DNA of 64,000 bases from Nitrospirota bacterium (GCA_963701855.1 CAVPBK010000006.1:864001-928000); one strand, 5' to 3'; positions 21,101-31,490 are shown, counted from the first letter of the stretch. The notes: generated by a model from the sequence alone, not told the origin. Program-made: numbers and translations.

Positions 21101-21131
21101 AGGGGTCTCCCGCCTAAAGTGGGAGACCCCT
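21101..21131. terminator. Intrinsic terminator-like hairpin between convergent genes
   Basis: AGGGGTCTCCC-GCCTAAAGT-GGGAGACCCCT. Confidence 0.75.
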
Positions 21132-21143
21132 GGTGCATTCTTC

Positions 21144-21659
21144 TTATCTGGTGCTGCTCCAAAGATAGACTGCTTGTAGTCCCACGATCGACTTTGCATC
21201 CTTGATCGCCCCGGTCTCAATCATTCTGATCGCTTCCAGTAGAGGCATCTCAATCACCTCGAGGACCTCATCACGGTCGAGCTGTTGCTTCCCCGTCGTC
21301 AACCCAGTCGCCTTGTAGATGTGGATGACTTCGTCGGTGAACCCCGGCGCGGTGAAAATACTGGAGAGGAGCTCGAGCCTGCCGGCTTGGTATCCGACTT
21401 CTTCTTCAAGTTCTCGTGCCGCGCAGACTCTGGGATCCTCGCCAGGATGAAGTTTCCCCGCAGGGATTTCGTAGATGAACCCCCCTGCCGCATGGCGGAA
21501 CTGCCTGATCAAGATGACCGTGCCATCGTCTTTCAGTGGAACCACCGCAGCCGCTCCGGGATGGCGCACGACTTCCAGGTCGACCGTGAGGCCATTGGGC
21601 AGCATGACGGTGTCGACATTTAAGTTCACAACAATGCCTGTGTAAATGTTCTTGGTCAT
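21144..21659 (-). CDS. nudF: Nudix hydrolase (ADP-ribose pyrophosphatase-like)
   Basis: HPGAAAVV, RQFRH, EIPAGK...ARELEEEVG Nudix box and TAPGFTDE. Confidence 0.85.
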   Translation of the reverse strand: MTKNIYTGIVVNLNVDTVMLPNGLTVDLEVVRHPGAAAVVPLKDDGTVILIRQFRHAAGGFIYEIPAGKLHPGEDPRVCAARELEEEVGYQAGRLELLSSIFTAPGFTDEVIHIYKATGLTTGKQQLDRDEVLEVIEMPLLEAIRMIETGAIKDAKSIVGLQAVYLWSSTR

Positions 21660-21745
21660 GGGTGCAGATAGCTAATGGCCAATGGCTTATAGCACGAGAG
21701 AGAAAGGACATAACCCCTGGTCATGCTTGTGCCATGAGCCATACG

Positions 21746-22858
21746 CTATAGGCTCTCCGCCTTTGGCTTCTTATAGAACGGGGCTTTGACGATCTGTGCG
21801 GGAACGCTTTTGCTACGGATTTCGATCAGGATGGAGGTGCCGGGCTCCGCAAAGCGCGCAGGCACATAGCCCAACCCGATACCTTTTTGTAGGAGCGGCG
21901 AGAGATTGCCGCTGGTGACTTCGCCGATGGGTTGGGATGTCGTGGGATCGAAGATTCTGAATCCGTGGCGAGGCACGGCTTTCTCCATGAGTTCGAAAGC
22001 GACGAATCGACGAGCGACTCCGACCTGTTTCTGTGCCCGAAGCGCCTGGCTGCCGATGAATTCGCCTTTCTGAAAGTTGACAGTCCAGTCTGCATTGGCT
22101 TCGAGTGGCGTCGTGTCTTCGCCCATGTCGTTGCCATAGAGCAGATAGCCCATCTCCAACCGAAGGAGATCTCTCGCGCCGAGCCCCGCCGGCTTGAGTC
22201 CCCAGGCCTGGCCCTTGTCAATAAGCAGATCCCAGAGTCGCCCGATCTTATCTGCGTCGATGTAAATCTCATAACCCAGTTCACCGGTGTAGCCGGTTCT
22301 GGCCAGCAAGCAGGATAGGCCGCCGATCGTAGCATCACAGGTGTGATGGAGCTTGAGCCCTTCAAGCGCCGTCCCGCCTAGACTCATGAGCAACTCGCGA
22401 GATTTGGGACCTTGAGCGGCAATCTGGGACAATTCGACTGACTGGTCTTCAAGGCGAACCGTCTTGTCTTGGGCAAGTTGGGATTGCAGCCACGACAGGA
22501 TCTTCTCGCGGTTTGAGGCATTCACGCACAAGAGGAACTCGTCAGGGCCAAGCCGATAGACGAAGATGTCGTCTTTGATGCCGCCGTTCTCGTTGCAGAC
22601 CATGGAATACTGGGCTTGAGAAACGGAGATTTTGCCGACGTCGTTGGTGGTGACTCGCTGGAGGAAGGAGAGAGCACCGGCTCCGGCGATCCGCACCCGT
22701 CCCATATGGCTCACGTCGAAGAGCCCGACATGGGAACGGACAGTATGGTACTCGTCCACGACACCGCTGTATTGGATGGGCATCTCCCAGCCCGCGAAAT
22801 CGACAAGTTTGGCGCCGCTTGCGCGATGTTGCTGGATGAGAGGAGTCTGCCGCATCAT
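21746..22858 (-). CDS. gcvT: Glycine cleavage T protein
   Basis: FAGWEMPIQY, LFDVSHMG, RTGYTGELGYE and GLGARDLLRLE. Confidence 0.95.
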   Translation of the reverse strand: MMRQTPLIQQHRASGAKLVDFAGWEMPIQYSGVVDEYHTVRSHVGLFDVSHMGRVRIAGAGALSFLQRVTTNDVGKISVSQAQYSMVCNENGGIKDDIFVYRLGPDEFLLCVNASNREKILSWLQSQLAQDKTVRLEDQSVELSQIAAQGPKSRELLMSLGGTALEGLKLHHTCDATIGGLSCLLARTGYTGELGYEIYIDADKIGRLWDLLIDKGQAWGLKPAGLGARDLLRLEMGYLLYGNDMGEDTTPLEANADWTVNFQKGEFIGSQALRAQKQVGVARRFVAFELMEKAVPRHGFRIFDPTTSQPIGEVTSGNLSPLLQKGIGLGYVPARFAEPGTSILIEIRSKSVPAQIVKAPFYKKPKAESL

Positions 22859-22886
22859 GGCCGTGCTGGCGTACGTGTCGGCTCAA

Positions 22887-23258
22887 TCATCGGACACCGA
22901 GCAACTCAACATCGAAAATCAAGGTGGCATTCGGTGGGATGACGCCACCAGCACCCTGTGCGCCATAACCAAGCTTGGAAGGAATGGTCAGCTTGCGTTT
23001 CCCTCCCACTTTCATGCCCTTGACGCCCTCGTCCCATCCCTTGATAACTCGTCCAGCGCCAAGTGGAAAAGAGAACGGCTGGCCCCGGTCTACGGAACTG
23101 TCAAATTTCTTCCCATTTTCTAGCCAGCCTGTGTAATGCACGCTGACGGTCTGTCCCGCCTCTGCTGTTGCTCCGGTTCCAATTGTGAGTTCGACATACT
23201 GCAGCCCAGATGATGTCGTGACTTCATTCCCTTGGGCACCTGCTTCCTGAAACGGCAT
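22887..23258 (-). CDS. FKBP-type peptidyl-prolyl isomerase
   Basis: VHYTGWL..GKKFDSS, VIKGWDEG and IPPNATLIFDVELL. Confidence 0.95.
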   Translation of the reverse strand: MPFQEAGAQGNEVTTSSGLQYVELTIGTGATAEAGQTVSVHYTGWLENGKKFDSSVDRGQPFSFPLGAGRVIKGWDEGVKGMKVGGKRKLTIPSKLGYGAQGAGGVIPPNATLIFDVELLGVR

Positions 23259-23397
23259 ATCTGCTCCTTTCCTGATCGTCGGTCATCCAACCACGATGAT
23301 GGACGACAACAGAGTAAAGTAATTATTGTGCATGGGAACGCTTGCCAGCGTCTGAGCCTGCGATCCTGTTCGAGACTCCGTGAATGAAGGTGGGGCC

Positions 23398-24618
23398 TCA
23401 CTCATGTTCCCTGAAGGAGTCAGGCTCGGAGAAAATGACCACACTTGCCGTGTAACCGTGCAGAAAATTGCGCCCTCCGACCGGACCGATCTCGCCTTGG
23501 GCAAAAAACCCCGCGGTCGGAATGGAGCCGAGCCGCTCTTGCACGGCCCCGCTATCGTGATGGGGGTGGCCAAAAAGTCCTTCTCCACGCCCGCAACAGC
23601 TGAACAGGAGAGCTCCCAGTGGGGGGGAGCTATGCTTCGCTCGATCCGCAGCCAGGCAAACGTGCAAGTCATCGCTTGCGGACTTCGCATCGCGAAGGTG
23701 GAACTGTACGGTCTGGCCTTCCTGAACAACGTCTCCTATCGCAACGGCTCCGGCCTGTTGATCCGCTCCAATGAGGTTTCGAACGAGGAAGTCGCCCCGC
23801 TCGAAATGACTACCGTGTTCATCGATCACGATGCCCAGATGCAATGCGCGGTGTGCATCGCGGCGCTGGGTGCCCCCCAGAGATTCGAAGACGTCCTGAA
23901 GCCGTTTCAAGGCCGAGACGCCGCCAAGCTCATAGATCAGGTTTTGCTCCGCTCTCGTCACGACGAACCGCTCGCCGATCGGACGACAGCCTTGTGAGGT
24001 CACGGTTCGCACGGCGATTGGCCCAGTGAATTGCACTCCCACCACGCCTCCGTCGAAGGTCTGATCATTGAGGAGCAGTCGATTTTCTCCAGAATCCTGG
24101 CCTCCGCCGGCAAGGCCCCCGCCAACTTTGGCATGAGGGTATCGGTCGTTCATGAGGGACAAGACTTCCTGCATTGGCGTGGAAAATGGATCGGCGAGAA
24201 AGAGAAAGGTCGAATCCTCGAGTCCAGGATCCGGCCACCCGGGCATGCGGATCTGGTCCTGTAACTGAGACACAGAAAGCTGCAGCGGAGTCAGTTTGAC
24301 ATTAGGGAGGCATGCGACCCAGACGGTCAGGGCGGCTGCGGTTTCAATCTCTTCGGAACCGGCGATGACACCTTCACCGGAACAGCCCAGACAGACCTTC
24401 GCCCGCAATTCTCTCTGCAGCATGCCGGAAATCATGGAGGTGTTGGTCGCGTGGTGGGCGGAAAAGAAAACGAAGGCCAGATCGATGGGAGCCGTGCCGA
24501 TTTGCATCAAGATGGCATCTGCGAGATCGCGGATGGCAGCTTCAGTATCGGTCTTGCGCGAAAGTGCGGTTGCGAATTGAAGCGTGGCCGGAGTGGTCAT
24601 GCTTTTTGAATTAGCCAT
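23398..24618 (-). CDS. FIST N/C-domain protein
   Basis: GCSGEGVI, SQGCRPIG, FSCCGRG and GFFAQGEIGP; start 24618 or 24600. Confidence 0.88.
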   Translation of the reverse strand: MANSKSMTTPATLQFATALSRKTDTEAAIRDLADAILMQIGTAPIDLAFVFFSAHHATNTSMISGMLQRELRAKVCLGCSGEGVIAGSEEIETAAALTVWVACLPNVKLTPLQLSVSQLQDQIRMPGWPDPGLEDSTFLFLADPFSTPMQEVLSLMNDRYPHAKVGGGLAGGGQDSGENRLLLNDQTFDGGVVGVQFTGPIAVRTVTSQGCRPIGERFVVTRAEQNLIYELGGVSALKRLQDVFESLGGTQRRDAHRALHLGIVIDEHGSHFERGDFLVRNLIGADQQAGAVAIGDVVQEGQTVQFHLRDAKSASDDLHVCLAADRAKHSSPPLGALLFSCCGRGEGLFGHPHHDSGAVQERLGSIPTAGFFAQGEIGPVGGRNFLHGYTASVVIFSEPDSFREHE

Positions 24619-24656
24619 TATGGTACGAATATATTTCCCCACGGTTGCCGACAGAT

Positions 24657-24834
24657 TAGCAGGATACTCAAAAAGGCCGACTGCGTCGTTCCTGAATTGT
24701 GAGCGAGACGCGCACGGCGTGCGCGACAGGCGCGACTCGCGAAGATAAAATTTCAGACCCGTCATGCGCGAATGACGAAATACGCTTCATGGGTTTCGAG
24801 CACACTGCTGGCGGACTTTTCCAGCATCCTGCTA
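24657..24834. repeat. MITE-like repeat, TA-flanked, overlapping a TAG stop
   Basis: TAGCAGGATACTCAAAAAG...CTTTTCCAGCATCCTGCTA. Confidence 0.8.
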
Positions 24835-25059
24835 GACCCCTGGGTCCATCCGTTCTGGGCGGTCCTTAGCCAGCTTCTTATAATAGCGCCACAAATAGGA
24901 ATGGTAGTCGTCGAGTTGGGCCAGGAGATAGTGCAGTTCTGCAGGATCTTCTGTCTCCACGGCACGGACCATACGGGTTTGCAAAAACTCGGCGAACGCA
25001 TTTGTTTTTCCTAGGGCAGTTATGAGACTCAGACTACCACCGAGTTGGTACTCGTTCAT
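24832..25059 (-). CDS. Small hypothetical protein
   Basis: 75-aa ORF (MNEYQLGG...) with SD GGAGG. Confidence 0.75.
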   Translation of the reverse strand: MNEYQLGGSLSLITALGKTNAFAEFLQTRMVRAVETEDPAELHYLLAQLDDYHSYLWRYYKKLAKDRPERMDPGV

Positions 25060-25162
25060 GCTTATCCTCCAGATACAAGAGAGTCGCGAGAGGATAGCGA
25101 GGCTAGAGAGTGAAATGCAAGTGAGAGAATCTTCCAGCCTCGGGGCAATATATTTTTCGCAG

Positions 25163-26368
25163 TTACTTAGCCTGACGATCAAGTATGGCACGGAGCCTAG
25201 CAAGGGAAATAGCCTCGACGCGGTGGTCGTCGCGCCCCACCACCGTCGTCGCCATGGTCAGTGCGTTGAGAATGGCTTCTTCTGTGGCTTCGACCGTCGC
25301 CGTGATCAATGGGTTCAAATGTGTGTCAGCGAGGTGCGTCTGCTGAAACGTCGGCTCTTTGGGGTAGTGAGGGACGATGTTCGCGGTGGAGAAAGCCAGC
25401 ATGAAATCTCCACTTCCGTGTCGCGCGGTGGAGCCTGTGCGCGCTAGTCCAAGTGCGGCACGTTTCGCAAGCCGAGTGAGCTGCCGACTATCGAGGGGAG
25501 CATCGGTGGCAATGACGATGATGATCGAGCCTTCACTTTGCCCGGGCGCAGGAGCCTGCGCGACGGGAGGCACGGTCTCATAGAGTCGTCCGACCTGGAC
25601 ACCGCCCACGAGGAGCTCAGACCGTCGCCCATGGTTCGCATTGACGAGCACACCGGTCGTATAACCACCCTCAGTCTCTGGTAATCGCCGTGACGAGGTC
25701 CCGATGCCCCCCTTGAATCCATAGGACACCATGCCTGTTCCGGCACCGACAGATCCTTCTTGCACAACTCCGGAGGAGGCGCCGTTGAGCGCGCTCATCA
25801 CATCCAATTCCGAGATATGCCGCCCTTGGATGTCATTAAGTCGCCCATCGTCGCATTCGGCGACCACTGGTGTCAGGGTATCGTCGGTAATGCCGATCTC
25901 CGGATAACGCGCGATCATCCAGCTCATGACCCCGTTGGCCACTCGCGGCACATTCAACGTATTGGTGAGAGCGATCGGATATTCGAGAAAGCCCGATTCA
26001 CTGATCCAGGCAAGGCCGGTCATCTCACCAGTCCCATTGAGGACGAACGACCCAGCAGGCACTTTCTTGTGCCACACGTTATCGCGAGGGACCACGACCG
26101 TCACGCCGGTTCGTATTGGGCCGAGCCCGGGCTTGAGAGGCCCGTCACCATAGATGAGGGTGGTTTGGCCCACAGTGACGCCAGCCACGTCGGTGATCGC
26201 GTTGAGCGGTCCCGGGGCATAGGAGCCGACGACGATGCCAAGCGCACGAGCTCGCACCCGAGGTTCTTCCGGCTCACCGGCTTGGGCAGAAAAAGACGCG
26301 ACTAAACAAATCCCCATGGCCAGTATCAGCAGTGGAATTGTCGGGCGGGCGATGCCGTTAGACTTCAT
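25163..26368 (-). CDS. P1/S58 (DmpA-like) aminopeptidase, secreted
   Basis: NAITDVAGVTVG, GTGM..YGFKGGIGTSSR, GSIIIVIATDAP and GSGDF. Confidence 0.92.
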   Translation of the reverse strand: MKSNGIARPTIPLLILAMGICLVASFSAQAGEPEEPRVRARALGIVVGSYAPGPLNAITDVAGVTVGQTTLIYGDGPLKPGLGPIRTGVTVVVPRDNVWHKKVPAGSFVLNGTGEMTGLAWISESGFLEYPIALTNTLNVPRVANGVMSWMIARYPEIGITDDTLTPVVAECDDGRLNDIQGRHISELDVMSALNGASSGVVQEGSVGAGTGMVSYGFKGGIGTSSRRLPETEGGYTTGVLVNANHGRRSELLVGGVQVGRLYETVPPVAQAPAPGQSEGSIIIVIATDAPLDSRQLTRLAKRAALGLARTGSTARHGSGDFMLAFSTANIVPHYPKEPTFQQTHLADTHLNPLITATVEATEEAILNALTMATTVVGRDDHRVEAISLARLRAILDRQAK

Positions 26369-27755
26369 GGCTCGATCCGACATGGGGGACAGTGACCTCA
26401 ATCTGGGAATGTTCCGCCTGAATGGCAGCGGCCAGCGAAAGCGCCTGCTTTTCTTCACCATGTACTAGAAAAATCTTAGCGGGAGCCGGGTTGATTGCCC
26501 GCACGTAGGCCAGGAGGTCCTGGCGATCCGCATGGGCCGAGAGCCCGTTGAACTTGACGACCTGGGCCCGGCGCGGAATGGGTACGCCGAAGATCGGGAC
26601 GACATCCCACCCTTCGACGAGTTTGCGCCCGAGGGTATGTTCGGCTTGAAAACCCACAAAGACGATCACGTTCGCTTCGTCCTGAATCGCGTGCTTGAGA
26701 TGGTGCACGACGCGGCCGCCTTCGCACATGCCGGAGGCGGAGATGATGACGCAGGGGCCCTTCATACTGTTCAATCGCTTGCTGTCTTCCGGCGATGAGA
26801 CAAAATGTATATAGCGGGAGGCGAAGAGGTCGCCGGAAGAGGTGAAAGTTTTGATGGTTTCCTCATCGTAGCATTCCGGGTGACGTCGAAATACTTCCGT
26901 AGCCCGTGAGGCCAGTGGGGAATCGATATAAATCGGGATGGGATCGAGGCGGCCCTCGCTGACAAGTTCTTTGATCCGCATAACCAAGTCCTGGGTCCGA
27001 CCAACGGCAAATGCCGGGACGATAATCTTGCTCTTGTAGGTTTTGGCATGAGTGAGGAGGTCCAGTGCCTGTTGTTTCATGACCGCTCGATCAGCCTCGT
27101 GCAGGCGATCACCGTAGGTCGATTCAAGAATCAATACGTCGCATGACTGTGGTGGCTCAGGATCACGAAGAATGGGCATGTTAGAACGGCCAAGATCGCC
27201 GCTGAAGAGCAAAGTGGTCGTATTGCCTCGTGCCGTGTATTTCACCCGAATGGCCGCCGACCCTAAGATATGGCCGGCATCGTGAAAGGATGCCGTGACG
27301 CGCGGGGCAATCTTGAGCAGGTCTCCGTATCGTATGCCCTCGAATCGCCGGACTAGCTTACGGACGTCATCGGTATTGTATAAGGATCGGATACAGGTCT
27401 TTCCCCTCCGACGTTCCTTCTTGTTGACGTAGCTGCAATCACTGGCCTGCACATGAGCCGAATCTTCGAGCATGAGTTCTGTCAAATCGGCGGTAGCTCT
27501 GGTGAGATAGACCTTTCCTGAGAATCCTTGCTTCGGAAGCACCGGTAAGGCGCCGGAATGGTCGACATGGGCATGGGACAGCAAGACGGCTCTAATCGAT
27601 TTTGGATCGAACCCCAAGTCCTGATTCTGACGAAGCGCCTCCTCTCGGCGCCCCTGAAAGATCCCGCAATCCAGCAACATGCTGCAACCGGGTGTTTCGA
27701 CCATGTGGCGACTTCCGGTGACGGATCGCGCCGCGCCGTGGAAGGAGAGCTTCAT
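26358..27755 (-). CDS. Metallo-beta-lactamase/beta-CASP ribonuclease-like protein
   Basis: GAARSVTGS, LSHAHVDHSG, AGHILGS, FSGDLG, ESTYG and SAHAD. Confidence 0.92.
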   Translation of the reverse strand: MKLSFHGAARSVTGSRHMVETPGCSMLLDCGIFQGRREEALRQNQDLGFDPKSIRAVLLSHAHVDHSGALPVLPKQGFSGKVYLTRATADLTELMLEDSAHVQASDCSYVNKKERRRGKTCIRSLYNTDDVRKLVRRFEGIRYGDLLKIAPRVTASFHDAGHILGSAAIRVKYTARGNTTTLLFSGDLGRSNMPILRDPEPPQSCDVLILESTYGDRLHEADRAVMKQQALDLLTHAKTYKSKIIVPAFAVGRTQDLVMRIKELVSEGRLDPIPIYIDSPLASRATEVFRRHPECYDEETIKTFTSSGDLFASRYIHFVSSPEDSKRLNSMKGPCVIISASGMCEGGRVVHHLKHAIQDEANVIVFVGFQAEHTLGRKLVEGWDVVPIFGVPIPRRAQVVKFNGLSAHADRQDLLAYVRAINPAPAKIFLVHGEEKQALSLAAAIQAEHSQIEVTVPHVGSSHEV

Positions 27756-28600
27756 AATGAAGGCACTCCATTGTGGCGACTGATCAGGTCCCAGGCTTCC
27801 TGAGCCGTCTCGGCATAGTGAAAGAGCCGCAGATCTTCCTGCCCGATCAGCCCATTCTCGACGAGCCATTGCCAGTTGATCAGGCGCTCCCAAAAGTCAC
27901 GCCCGACCAGCACGACCAGCACGTTTTCGGTCTTGCCCGTTTGGAGGAGTGTCAGCGTCTCGAATAGCTCATCGAGAGTTCCGAACCCTCCAGGAAAGGC
28001 GACGAGCGCCTTGGCGCGGATTAAAAAGTGCATTTTCCTGATGGCGAAATAGCGAAACTGAAAACTCAGCTCCGGTGTAATGTAGGGGTTGGGGTGCTGT
28101 TCGTGAGGGAGGGTGATATTGAGGCCGATGGATTTTGCATTCACATCCGCAGCCCCTCGGTTGGCGGCCTCCATGACACCGGGCCCTCCGCCAGTGACAA
28201 TGACGTAGTCGCAGCGGCCATCGACCTGGCAGGTCGACGACACCAGCCGGCCGAATTCACGCGCCACGTCATAATATTTTGAGAGGGCAAGTTGTCGTCG
28301 CGCGATCGCCGCCTTGTGCTGATGTGTTGGATCATTGGGAGACCGAGCCGCTTCCTCCTCCGCGAGGTAAAGCGCACACTTGGCGGCGGCTGGTTCTTGT
28401 AGCCGCGCACTCCCGAAGACGACGATGGTCGATTGGATCCCCTGTTCACGCTGAATCAACTCCGGCTTCAACAGTTCGATCCCGATGCGGAGGGGACGGA
28501 GTTCGTCCCGCTGGAGAAACTCTGTGTCGCGATCGGCAGGAATGTAGGAGGAGGACTCTGCGGCGGGGTTGATGGAATCTGGATCAGATGAAGGAATCAT
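27752..28600 (-). CDS. LOG-family (cytokinin riboside/AMP nucleosidase-like) protein
   Basis: VFGSAR, TGGGPGVMEAANRGA, FRYFAIRK and FPGGFGTLDELFE. Confidence 0.9.
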   Translation of the reverse strand: MIPSSDPDSINPAAESSSYIPADRDTEFLQRDELRPLRIGIELLKPELIQREQGIQSTIVVFGSARLQEPAAAKCALYLAEEEAARSPNDPTHQHKAAIARRQLALSKYYDVAREFGRLVSSTCQVDGRCDYVIVTGGGPGVMEAANRGAADVNAKSIGLNITLPHEQHPNPYITPELSFQFRYFAIRKMHFLIRAKALVAFPGGFGTLDELFETLTLLQTGKTENVLVVLVGRDFWERLINWQWLVENGLIGQEDLRLFHYAETAQEAWDLISRHNGVPSL

Positions 28601-28656
28601 GGGGGCGATTATAGCGGGCTTAGATATGTCCGGCAATTCAGGATGGGAGCATCGCC

Positions 28657-29097
28657 CTAGAAGGGCCAGAACCAAACGACTGGTTCATCCGTGGTTCGTC
28701 GGGAAAATCCGTAGGCTCGCACGGTCCACTGGGGATCGAACACCACCTGCAATTGCTCCGGTGTGATCCCGGTTTTAGTCAGGGTCATCGTCGGGACAAA
28801 GGGGCCGAAGAACAGACGGGGGATGGCACCGAAGTCCAGGGCCGCAGACTTGGTATCGCTCCAATTATAGAGCGCCACAAACCCGTAATCAGACTCTGCG
28901 ACATCATCAGGGGCTCCAATGTGATCGGCTAGCTCGGGTAGCGTCGTCTGCCCGACACGAATAAAATTGACCTGTTCCTTGGTCACGACGTCGTTGAAGA
29001 CCACTCGGCGGACGGTGCATCCGGTACAGAGGAGGAGACAGAGCGTGGCAGCGACCAACCTGATTGCGGGAAAACGTGCCTCCACGTCAGTCACCAA
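28657..29097 (-). CDS. Putative lipoprotein (SmpA/BamE-like fold)
   Basis: Lipobox LCTGC; GQTT...IGAPD. Confidence 0.65.
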   Translation of the reverse strand: MVTDVEARFPAIRLVAATLCLLLCTGCTVRRVVFNDVVTKEQVNFIRVGQTTLPELADHIGAPDDVAESDYGFVALYNWSDTKSAALDFGAIPRLFFGPFVPTMTLTKTGITPEQLQVVFDPQWTVRAYGFSRRTTDEPVVWFWPF

Positions 29098-29485
29098 AGG
29101 GCCACAGTCGGAATTTTGTGTTACCGGTTCGTTTGCCGTAGACCACTTCTTCGGCTATCCCGTTCCTATTGAAAAACACGTAGAGATTATCGCTCTTGAT
29201 GTCCATGCGGATGAAGTTCAGCAACAGGAGTAACATTGCGGGCGATTTCCCGTCATAGTAATAATAGTGAAAGATCTCTCGATCGTTGCCTCTGACAATC
29301 CGATCCGGGGCACCGAGCGATGAGACGACTTCCGCCATGGTCGTCGTACCTTTCTTGATGGCCGAGATGGCTTCTTCTTGAAGCGGCTCGCCAATCGTTC
29401 CCCTAGTCACGATACAGCCTTGAGTTAGGACCAGGGCCAAGATGAGGACGATACCTGCCAGCGGCTTGAAAAATAACACAATCAC
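29087..29485 (-). CDS. Putative lipoprotein (SmpA/BamE-like fold)
   Basis: Lipobox LTQGC; IKKGTTTMAEVVSSLGAPD...LYVFFNRNG. Confidence 0.7.
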   Translation of the reverse strand: MIVLFFKPLAGIVLILALVLTQGCIVTRGTIGEPLQEEAISAIKKGTTTMAEVVSSLGAPDRIVRGNDREIFHYYYYDGKSPAMLLLLLNFIRMDIKSDNLYVFFNRNGIAEEVVYGKRTGNTKFRLWPFGD

Positions 29486-29493
29486 TCCTTTTT

Positions 29494-30051
29494 CTAAGCT
29501 TCGGTTGGACGATCAACTAAAGCCTTTTGGCGTGCCAGAACAAAATCTGTTTCAAATATGGCATAGGATGATGGAGTGAGTCCCACTTTACGATATACTG
29601 CTTGCGCAGCGCTGTTGCTCTCTTCAACATACAGACGGACCCCGCAGACGTTCGAGCTTGTCTTGGCGGCGGCCATCACGGTTTCATGCATCCGGCGAAA
29701 GACGCTCTGGCGACGCCAGGAGGGGTCAACATACACACTCTGAATCCACCAAAATGCGCCGTTGCGCCAATCGCTCCATTCATAGGTGATTAGCAGCTGC
29801 CCCAGCAGCTGGCGATCATCGGCCCGCTCCAATTCTGCGACCATGAAAAACCCACGATTGGGAGATTCAAGAAGGGCAATGGTTCCGAGGTACAGCCGGT
29901 CGAGATCGAGTCGACGGCCTTCTGTTTCAAGGGCCATGGCTGCACTGAACGACACGATTGTCGCCGCATCTTCTGGCCTGGCCTGTCGGATCTTCAAGTG
30001 GTCGAGGACTGACATGGGTCTCAGACCATTGTCTTTGGGCTTTGTAGCCAT
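29494..30051 (-). CDS. GNAT acetyltransferase
   Basis: TYEWSDWRNG.FWWIQSVYV..WRRQ, RLYVE..N..AQ.VY. Confidence 0.88.
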   Translation of the reverse strand: MATKPKDNGLRPMSVLDHLKIRQARPEDAATIVSFSAAMALETEGRRLDLDRLYLGTIALLESPNRGFFMVAELERADDRQLLGQLLITYEWSDWRNGAFWWIQSVYVDPSWRRQSVFRRMHETVMAAAKTSSNVCGVRLYVEESNSAAQAVYRKVGLTPSSYAIFETDFVLARQKALVDRPTEA

Positions 30052-30638
30052 CCGGTTTCCGGCTTAAATAAACCGGCGGTACACTCCATCTTGATGGCAT
30101 CTTCCGGTGGCAGATTGATCGGACGCAGCTGTGGCCGGGGGACAAACGCAAGGAAGCCGGTGAACGGATGGATGGCCGTGGGTACAAAGACCATGAGTAA
30201 ACTTGTTTCTGGTGCGACTTGCAGCGCCGGCGGTGCGGTGCCCATCACAAAACCGATCGCCCAGAGACCGTCTCGAGGAAACGGAAAGGCCACTACGGTG
30301 CTGCGCCCGAAACGAGAACGGAAATTAAGAAGATCGGTCATTCCTTTGATGATAATGTAGACACTGCGGACCAATGGGACGCGTTCAATCCACCGTTCTA
30401 CCTGAATGATGATGCGCCGCCCGACTACATGGGTAGCGATCGCGCCGACAATGACAACAAGGACCAGAAACAGAACGAGGCTGAGTCCGGGACTTTGTCG
30501 GGCTCCGATATTCCAAGGGAGGTCGTGGATCAATTCGTTGAGTGTGTGAAATAGTGTGGAAAGGATCAAGAATGTGACCCAGGCCGGCACGAGGACCAAC
30601 AATCCGGCCAAGGAGTATTTCCATAAAGCTTTTGACAT
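30021..30638 (-). CDS. DUF502 family membrane protein
   Basis: AGLLVLVPAWVT, RVPLVRSVY and VFVPTAIHPFTGF. Confidence 0.85.
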   Translation of the reverse strand: MSKALWKYSLAGLLVLVPAWVTFLILSTLFHTLNELIHDLPWNIGARQSPGLSLVLFLVLVVIVGAIATHVVGRRIIIQVERWIERVPLVRSVYIIIKGMTDLLNFRSRFGRSTVVAFPFPRDGLWAIGFVMGTAPPALQVAPETSLLMVFVPTAIHPFTGFLAFVPRPQLRPINLPPEDAIKMECTAGLFKPETGWLQSPKTMV

Positions 30639-30796
30639 CGCTGCTTGTTTCCTTCGATACAATCAAGCAAGATTTGCAGTGTAGCAGAAACCATTACCAG
30701 AAATAGCGTCTACACCCGAGTCTTGATCTCATCAGTCTCGGTGATCTATTCTATCGAGCCTTATCGTATCGGTCGGGTTTACCATGGAGATGCGTT

Positions 30797-31087
30797 ATGA
30801 CGGAACGTACAGAAGCAAGGCGTCCGGTCAATATCGACAAGGATCTTCTCGACATTCTTTGTTGCCCCGAAACGAAACAAGATGTGAAGTTGGCCGATGC
30901 AGCGTTGATTGCTAAGTTGAATGAGGCTGTGAGCCGTGGGCAATTGAAAAATAAAGCGAATAAGCCGGTTGCAGAACCCCTCGATGGAGGGTTGATCAGA
31001 GACGATCGGAAGGTTCTGTATCCTATCCGTGAAGACATTCCTGTCATGCTCATCGAAGAAGGTATTCCCCTGGAAGGGATGATCTAG
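30797..31087 (+). CDS. Trm112-like protein
   Basis: LLDILCCPETK...YPIREDIPVML. Confidence 0.88.
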   Translation: MTERTEARRPVNIDKDLLDILCCPETKQDVKLADAALIAKLNEAVSRGQLKNKANKPVAEPLDGGLIRDDRKVLYPIREDIPVMLIEEGIPLEGMI

Positions 31088-31226
31088 CAGGGCTGGTTGA
31101 CAGCCGATTTCTTCGGCAAATTTCTAGTTGGCACGATTCATCCGAGCGTTCATGTTTCATACATGATGAGGGGGAAAGACCTGTCTCACCTCGATTGTCG
31201 TTAAGACACAACAGAGGCGCAGGCGC

Positions 31227-31490
31227 TTATATGCTGTCGGTCTTGGAGCCGGTCGACGTCCCACAGTACTGGCAGAGATATTCGTACAGATTCCCACTAG
31301 GAAGCACGAGCAAGAGTCGCTCTCTTGTTGGGGTTGCCACTCGGCAGGAAGGACAATAGAGCAACGAGGCATTCAATGATCTGAATTGGTCCGGTTGTTT
31401 AGAGGCATCCGGTCCTGGCTGTCGAGCCGTCCTGGGGGATAGACTAGTCGGCAAAGTTTGGTTCGTCAGTCTACGTGGGCGGCCTGACAT
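31227..31490 (-). CDS. Small zinc-ribbon protein
   Basis: LYCPSC...RERLLLVLP.G.LYEYLCQYCG; start uncertain. Confidence 0.7.
   Translation of the reverse strand: MSGRPRRLTNQTLPTSLSPRTARQPGPDASKQPDQFRSLNASLLYCPSCRVATPTRERLLLVLPSGNLYEYLCQYCGTSTGSKTDSI

Noticed and set aside
31129..31143. TGGCAC sigma54-like half site
   Set aside because: No GC at the -12 position and no downstream gene in that orientation
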